Shown piece after piece: positions 58,093-64,000 of a stretch of DNA of 64,000 nt. This stretch comes from an uncultured bacterium (lineage in GTDB: Bacteria; Chloroflexota; UBA5177; JANWHV01). The stretch lies in contig CAWHAE010000010.1 of assembly GCA_963827235.1 (NCBI GenBank), positions 704,001 to 768,000 on the forward strand, in the 5' to 3' direction. The position numbers were made by a program, and so were the translations under genes. A model generated the notes under the pieces. That model was not told the origin of the DNA and ran no database searches. It was given only the letters and a program-made list of their open reading frames with translations. How positions within the stretch are numbered: the first letter of the stretch is position 1; each line of letters starts with the position of its first letter.

Positions 58093-58601
58093 AACACCAG
58101 TCCTTCGTCAAGGGGTGGTGGCAACTACGTCCGCGGGATCATGCTTGGCACGATATTGGGGCACAAGGTGATTGAGGAAGGGCCGCATGTATCCGCTTGG
58201 GCACACGCGGACGAACGCAATTCATCTTTCGCGACACCGCTCGTGTACAAACCGCGCTTTAGCGCACGTGTTTCGGCCTGCGATGCTACAGCCGGTCGAT
58301 GGAGGAGATTGTCCACGCTCTCGATCGTTCCGGCCGGCCCGCGGAGACGGCGCCGGTCGCTGGAGCCGGAGTCGCGCCGGTGGGGTCGCGGGTAGCTACC
58401 CGCGCGCAACGCCATATTCGTTCTGATATCGTGGAGTTTGGCAACCTGCAGCTATCACCCGGCTGCCAGGCAGGTATGCCAGGGAGCGCAGTCTGATAGC
58501 TTAGTAAGCGCGGATCACGTCGACGTCCCTCTGCCTGCCGCGGGCATGCATACCGTGGCCGGGGCTGATCGCCGAGAGAGGAGTGCGGCAAACCACAGAT
58601 T

Positions 58602-59762
58602 ATGTCTAGCCTGCGAATGGTTGCCGAGAAGGCGGGAGTGCCGCTGCTCACTGCATACAATGCCCTGAGCAACGCGCAAGAAGTCGAGCAGTCCGTGGTC
58701 GAGCGCGTGCGCGCGGTCGCCACGGAGCAGGGCTACATGCTGCGCATCACAATCCGAGACGTTGCCGCGCTGGCCGGAGTCTCGGTCTCCACGGTGTCCT
58801 ACGTGCTGAACGACAGCCCGTTGATCAACGTGCGAACTCGACGCAAGGTCAAGACTGCCATCCAGGCGCTCGGCTACCGGCCGAATAGCACCGCGCGTAA
58901 CCTCAAGGCCAGCGAGACACGCCTGATCGGCTATGCCTGGCACAAGGTACACGACGTCGTGCAGCGCAACCCTATTCTCGACCGCTTCCTCTACGAGATG
59001 GCCCAGGCTGCCGAGACCAGAGGCTACCACGTGCTTACTTTCGCCCAGTCCGGACCCCACGAGGAGCACAGCTACACCGAGCTCATTCGTACCAGCCGGG
59101 TCGATGCCTTCGTGCTTTCCGATACGACGTACGACGATCGACGCATCGCCAGGCTTCAGGAGCTGGAGATCCCGTTCGCGTGTTTCGGCCGAGCCAATCC
59201 CGATGCGGACTTTCCCTACGCGGACGACGACGGCCATCGCGGCGTTGGACTGCTGGTCGAGCATCTGCTCGCTCAAGGGCACAAGGACATCGCGATGCTC
59301 GGCTGGCCGGAAGGTATCGTGGTCAGCGACATCCGTGTGCGCGGCTACCTGGACGCCCTGGCGAATGCCGGCATCGATCCGCGCCCGGATCTGCTGGTAC
59401 ACACCATCAACGACGTGTCGCACGCGGCGCTCGCCGCCGAACAGGTGCTCTCGCGCTCACCGCAGCCCACCGCGGTGATCTGCGCTTCGGACATCATTGC
59501 CATCGGCCTGCGCACCTATCTCGAGCATGCCGGCCTGAGGATCGGCACCGACGTGGCCGTGGCCAGCTACGACGACACGCCGGTAGCCGAGGCGCTGCAC
59601 CTGACCTCCGCCCACCAGCGCATCGACGTGATAGCGGATACGGTGATCAGCCTCGTAGTCGGGAGGCTGCGCGGCACACCACCGGCTGAGCAGCACGTAC
59701 TGGTAGCGCCGTCGCTGGTGGTTCGCGCGAGCAGCAGCAGAATCGGCGCACTTTCCGCCTGA
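58602..59762 (+). CDS. LacI-family regulator with two tandem N-terminal HTH units
   Basis: SLRMVAEKAGV..TAYNALS..GY, then TIRDVAALAGVSVSTVSYVLN..LGYRPN..AR.L; C-terminal sugar-binding domain. Confidence 0.92.
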   Translation: MSSLRMVAEKAGVPLLTAYNALSNAQEVEQSVVERVRAVATEQGYMLRITIRDVAALAGVSVSTVSYVLNDSPLINVRTRRKVKTAIQALGYRPNSTARNLKASETRLIGYAWHKVHDVVQRNPILDRFLYEMAQAAETRGYHVLTFAQSGPHEEHSYTELIRTSRVDAFVLSDTTYDDRRIARLQELEIPFACFGRANPDADFPYADDDGHRGVGLLVEHLLAQGHKDIAMLGWPEGIVVSDIRVRGYLDALANAGIDPRPDLLVHTINDVSHAALAAEQVLSRSPQPTAVICASDIIAIGLRTYLEHAGLRIGTDVAVASYDDTPVAEALHLTSAHQRIDVIADTVISLVVGRLRGTPPAEQHVLVAPSLVVRASSSRIGALSA

Positions 59763-60005
59763 ACATGTCATCGCGCAAACGGAACGGGTCAGGGTGGTGC
59801 CTGGTGGCGTCCGGGCGGGATTCGCCGGCCCGTCGTCCGGCGCGGGCGGCTTGCGGCTTGCCGCACCCACCGCGGGCCGGTTCTATCGTTCTGCCGGAAA
59901 GGTGGGATGTTGGTGGCGGCTTCAACGCCTCGGTAGTATGCTAGGGGAGTCGAGGTCCGCCGCCCTGGGCGCGCCACGACCGGGCGGGATTGGAGGAGAT
60001 TCAGC

Positions 60006-60957
60006 ATGGCCGACGATGCAGGCACTCAGGCTTCGGACCAACAGGCACTTCCCTGGCTCGACGCCGGCACGTGCGAGCTGATGTACGGCGCCCAGCCGGC
60101 TCCAGTAGCGATTCTGGGATGGCGAGGGGAGACTGGCCTACGCCAACGCCGCCGCGCTGGCGCTGCTCGGGCTGCAGCTCGACCAGGCACGGGGACGCCA
60201 CGCCAGCGATGTGCTCGGGTCGCTCGCCCGGTCCGACGCCGAGGGCGCGTACCACCACGGGTCGCGAGCAGACTTCGTCGAGGGACAGCCGCTTGTCGCC
60301 GGCGGAGCAACGGGCCATCGCTTCACTGTGCTGGGCGCGCGCCTGGGCCGGGCAGGAGACGGCACCTCATGGTGGATCACGAACCTGTACGAAGGAGGCT
60401 TCGCCGCGGCGGTCGCGGCCGGTTCCGGTAGTCCGACGCATCCCGCGCTGCATGACGAGCTAACGGGTCTGCCGAACCGGATCCTCTTTCTCGATCGCCT
60501 GGAGCACGTGCTGCGTGCCGCACAGCGGGACGATTCCGCGTCGGCACTCTGTCTGCTTCAGCTCGCGCACCTGGCCGACGTGAAGGCCGCGGCAGGGGAA
60601 GCTTCAAGTCGCCGCATGCTGCAGGCTGCCGCGTCGACGATTGCCGGCACGCTCCGCAACGTCGACACGGTCTCGCGTTTCGCGGAGGAGCGCTTTGCCG
60701 TGCTTTTGCCTGCCACCAGCGAGATCGGTGCGGTCAGCGCCATCATGAGGATGCGCGAGGTGCTCCAGGAACCGCTCGAGATCGACGGTCACGCCACCGA
60801 TCTCTCCGTGCGCGCCGGCGTCGCGCTTTCCCCCGTTCATGCCAGCGACGCCTCCTCCCTGATCGCCTTCGCGGCAGCAGCTCTTCGCGCGGCGGTGCGC
60901 GACGGGAACTGGTGCCAGCTGTACGACGCCGGCCTGGAGGTGCATGCGCAAGTCTGA
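60006..60957 (+). CDS. PAS + degenerate GGDEF protein with a one-base frameshift near 60117
   Basis: SD GGAGGAG before ATG 60006; removing one G gives ILDGEGRLAYANAAA (PAS); LHDELTGLPNR; active site reads RFAEERF. Confidence 0.7.
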
Positions 60958-60964
60958 GAGGACC

Positions 60965-62707
60965 TCAGGAGCTTCCCGGCAGTAGCTTGACCAACGTGTC
61001 GACCACTGGGCGCAGCCAGTTGCTGGGCGCGGCAAACGACGTGCCGTCTGCTTGCACGTCGACCATAATGCCCATCAGCGATCCGTCCGTTGCCACCAGT
61101 GGATCGCCGGGCCGAATGCCCGGCGGATTCTTGACAGTCTCCAGCCAGAAGGAGCCGAGGCTGTCGTGACGGTCGTCGCCTACCGCACGAAGGGTCAGCG
61201 AACTGATCGCGCTATTCAAGCCGCCCGTTGGGCTGTGATACAGGGCAAACACGCTCGGCTGCTGCACGAGGCGGTAGGAGTTGCCCCAGTGCGCCGAGCG
61301 GAAGCCGCCCACACGGATCGAGAGCAAAGCAACCATGCCCGTGGTGTGTGCGCCGCCCGACACGGCCACTGCATCGGGCACGTAGCGAGCAGACGCCGAT
61401 CCCGCTGTTACCGAGATCGCGGTGCGCGAGGCGTGCCTCAACATGGCGCCCGCGGTGAGCACGACGACGCGGTCGGCGTTAGAGGTCAAGACGAATCCGT
61501 CCTCCTTGCGCAGGGTGCCATGCTCGTCGACGCTCACCACGACAAGGCTTCCGGCCAGGTCGCCGAACGAGTTGGCCAGTGTGATAGAGGCGTTGGCCAG
61601 ATTGTACGGTACGTTGAGCTGGCCAAAAGCATTGTTCCCCCAGCACAGCACCGTGCCGTCGGAGTGGATACCGCAACTGAAGTCGTCCCCCACGCTCAGC
61701 TGCGTGAAGGTCCCGGCCGGGACCTTCGTCTCGCCGTGGCCGTCGTATCCCCAGCATACTGCCGTGCGGTCGGCTCTCAGTGCACAGCCATGCGATCGCC
61801 CCACGCTGATTTGCGTGAACGTGCCGCTCGGGGGTGAGCCGATTATGCCTTCTTGCGCCGAGCCCCAGCAACTCACCGTACCGTCCGTACGGAGACCGCA
61901 AAAGTATGACGTGCCGCCGCTCAGGGCGGTGAACGTTCCGCTGGACGAGGTGGTTGGGATGGGCGAGGCGGCGGGAGCGGTCGGTGAGGCCGAAGCGTTG
62001 GACGGGGCAGCCGAGCCGGTGGGCGACGCCGCAGCGTTGGACGGGGCAGCCGAGCCGGTGGGCGACGCCGCCGGCGTGGCGGGAGAGGCCGCCGCTGCCG
62101 TGGGTGTCGTCGTGGCGTCCGTGCTCGCCGCGGAGCCGTCGTCAGGCGAAAACGGCTGGCAGGAGATGATCTGCGAGCTTTGCAGGCCACACCAGTCGTC
62201 CACGCCGACGCTGGCGGAAACGAAATGTCCATCTACCGCCGCAGTGCCGCCGTGTCGCAGGTTCCAGCACAGCATGCTCGAGGAATCTGTCTCGATGCCG
62301 CAATCAGTCTCGTAGCCGGCGCTCGCCGAGCTGAACCCCTGGCCCGGAGCGGCGATAGTCTGTGTGCCATAGAATCCCCAGCAGACGACGCCGTGACTGT
62401 CGAGCACGCCGCAGGCATGAAATGCCCCAGCGCTGATCTGCGAGTACTGCCCGGCCGGCGGCTTAGCCTGTGCGTAGAGATCGTTTCCCCAACACGCCAC
62501 CGTGTAGTCCGCGCGTATGCCGCAGGCAAACTGACCGCCCGCCGAGATCGCAAGGTAACCGGATGCGTCAGCGGGCGCGGACCTGGCGGCACAAGCGTTG
62601 GGAACGAGCGCCACGCCGAGAATCGCGCACGCGGAGGCGAGCAGGCATGTTGAGGTGGAGACCACCCCCGCAGGACCGGAGAGGCGACGCGCTAGGCCGT
62701 GCCACAT
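60965..62707 (-). CDS. Secreted RCC1/BLIP-II-like repeat protein with Ser/Pro/Ala linker and degenerate trypsin-like C-terminus; start uncertain (62707-62773)
   Basis: Repeats ISAG..F/H.CG...D.T..CWG; hydrophobic signal; GFVL..VLTAGAML and GIRPGDPLV..DG.LMGI. Confidence 0.72.
   Translation of the reverse strand: MWHGLARRLSGPAGVVSTSTCLLASACAILGVALVPNACAARSAPADASGYLAISAGGQFACGIRADYTVACWGNDLYAQAKPPAGQYSQISAGAFHACGVLDSHGVVCWGFYGTQTIAAPGQGFSSASAGYETDCGIETDSSSMLCWNLRHGGTAAVDGHFVSASVGVDDWCGLQSSQIISCQPFSPDDGSAASTDATTTPTAAAASPATPAASPTGSAAPSNAAASPTGSAAPSNASASPTAPAASPIPTTSSSGTFTALSGGTSYFCGLRTDGTVSCWGSAQEGIIGSPPSGTFTQISVGRSHGCALRADRTAVCWGYDGHGETKVPAGTFTQLSVGDDFSCGIHSDGTVLCWGNNAFGQLNVPYNLANASITLANSFGDLAGSLVVVSVDEHGTLRKEDGFVLTSNADRVVVLTAGAMLRHASRTAISVTAGSASARYVPDAVAVSGGAHTTGMVALLSIRVGGFRSAHWGNSYRLVQQPSVFALYHSPTGGLNSAISSLTLRAVGDDRHDSLGSFWLETVKNPPGIRPGDPLVATDGSLMGIMVDVQADGTSFAAPSNWLRPVVDTLVKLLPGSS
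61994..62071. repeat. Perfect 2 x 39-bp tandem repeat encoding the (AASPTGSAAPSNA) linker
   Basis: AGCGTTGGACGGGGCAGCCGAGCCGGTGGGCGACGCCGC occurs twice in tandem. Confidence 0.9.
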
Positions 62708-63078
62708 AAGGCCAACGTCCCGTCGCGGCTCGGGTTCGGGCAGCCGGTGGGTTCGATAGAGGTTGACGGACACCGCGTGCAGGGTCGAGGCACCGCGCGG
62801 ATGTTACAGTGTGGAGTAGGCTGCGCAAGCACGTTATGCACCGGCATGATATCTGATCCTTAGGACAGAGTCGCCGCCTCAGCGTGAGCCGGCATGGACA
62901 TTGTATGGTGCCCAGGGCGCCAAAGCGAGGTGTGTTTGGAAGGAGCGACAAGATAAACGGGCCATACGATGTGGCTAGAAGAACGGGCTGGCACGTCCAC
63001 GCTATTGACTGGAAGCATGCCGGTGTCAGATATTCTAGCTAGAAACGACGGTCCTGCTCGCTCATGAGGGAAAAAGAC

Positions 63079-64000
63079 ATGTCGGGAAAGCACCGAAGGT
63101 TGCCGCCCAAACGTTGGGTTTCTGCGACCCTTCTCGCGCTCATCGCCGTCGTCGTCTCAAGTGCCCTGCAACTCCGGCCCGTGAGCGCGGGCCAGCCTCA
63201 AGTATCGTACGACCTCGACCATCGCTTCGGCGTGGTCGAAGCGTGGCGAGAGCCCTCGGATGCCGCGGACCTGTCCGTGGGCTGGGAGCGACTGACCATG
63301 TGGTGGAAGTCGTTCCAGCCGAGCGGCCCTTCCGAGTGGAACAGCTTCGCGACCGACAAAGACGCGCACATCGACGCCGAAGTCGCCGACGGTCGCCAGC
63401 TAGTCGGCGAGCTGATCAATACCCCCGACTGGGCGGCTGCCAATCCGAGCGACCACGGTAACTCGGTGCCGAAGGGGCTGTACCTGCCCTACAACGACCC
63501 GAATAACTATTGGGGTCACTTTGTCGGCATGATCGCCAAGCACTACGCAGGTCGTATCGACCAGTGGATCATCTGGAACGAGGTCAACATCCCTTCAGGC
63601 AAGTTCGCCACGTGGGATGGATCGGTGCGAGACTACGCGCAGCTGGTCAAGGTGGCGTATCTCGCCGCGCATGCGGTCAACCCCAACGCTCGCATCATCC
63701 TCTACGGCGACCCTTACTGGTACGACCATGGAGCGTTCTTCAGACAATTGCTGAGCATTCTGACGTCGGACGCGGCCGCAGCCGCCAACCAGGACTACTT
63801 CGACGCGATCAATCTCCACCTGTACAATCGGCCCAGCGACTACGTCATGGTGGTCGACCTGTATCGCCAATGGCTGGCAGATCGCGGTCTCGACAAGCCC
63901 GTGTGGATTGGCGAGACGAACGCCGTGCCCTACGACGACCCGTTGCGCTTATATCCCAAGAGCGGCTTCTTCTGCACGTTGAATGACCAAGCGTCGTACA
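63079..64000 (+). CDS. Secreted clan GH-A glycoside hydrolase (GH39/GH5-like), runs off the window; absent from ORF track
   Basis: Translation MSGKHRR..LLALIAVVV..RFGVVEA..TPDWA..WIIWNEVN..FDAINLHLY..KPVWIGETN; both catalytic Glu present. Confidence 0.82.
   Translation, partial: MSGKHRRLPPKRWVSATLLALIAVVVSSALQLRPVSAGQPQVSYDLDHRFGVVEAWREPSDAADLSVGWERLTMWWKSFQPSGPSEWNSFATDKDAHIDAEVADGRQLVGELINTPDWAAANPSDHGNSVPKGLYLPYNDPNNYWGHFVGMIAKHYAGRIDQWIIWNEVNIPSGKFATWDGSVRDYAQLVKVAYLAAHAVNPNARIILYGDPYWYDHGAFFRQLLSILTSDAAAAANQDYFDAINLHLYNRPSDYVMVVDLYRQWLADRGLDKPVWIGETNAVPYDDPLRLYPKSGFFCTLNDQASY

Noticed and set aside
61994-62071. 39-bp direct repeats as a possible CRISPR array
   Set aside because: Adjacent copies without spacers, in frame inside a CDS, and no cas genes.

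Overview
High-GC bacterial chromosomal window; gene content suggests a soil or peat Chloroflexota-like organism (inference). In order it holds: cydC-cydAB; an orphan solute-binding protein downstream of a membrane GGDEF-EAL gene; decayed FIST and EAL remnants; two tandem L-arabinose/fucose-isomerase-family paralogues; an acyltransferase, a DUF5666 protein, a GH26 hydrolase, an aldolase and a DosS-like kinase; a uxaC-uxuB / gnd-LarA-homologue hexuronate cluster; a signalling island; two divergent GH65 phosphorylases; a peptide ABC transporter plus amidase; a GH87 + sugar ABC + LacI locus; and secreted proteins. The best candidate for an undescribed system is at about 30.0-37.2 kb. There an un-annotated 40-aa peptide ORF (33126-33248, - strand) precedes a DUF5317 membrane protein with signal-peptidase-II-like motifs. 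That pair converges on a membrane GAF-GGDEF-HD-GYP protein, suggesting peptide signalling wired to c-di-GMP. Next to it are a STAND/TPR regulator and a second secreted peptide. Also notable are a shared LacI operator/promoter linking the GH65 pair to the GH87/ABC locus 17.6 kb away (fungal alpha-1,3-glucan use) and a probable mannonate-to-gluconate epimerase route. No rRNA, tRNA, CRISPR array or transposase was seen. All family calls come from motif recognition, not database searches.
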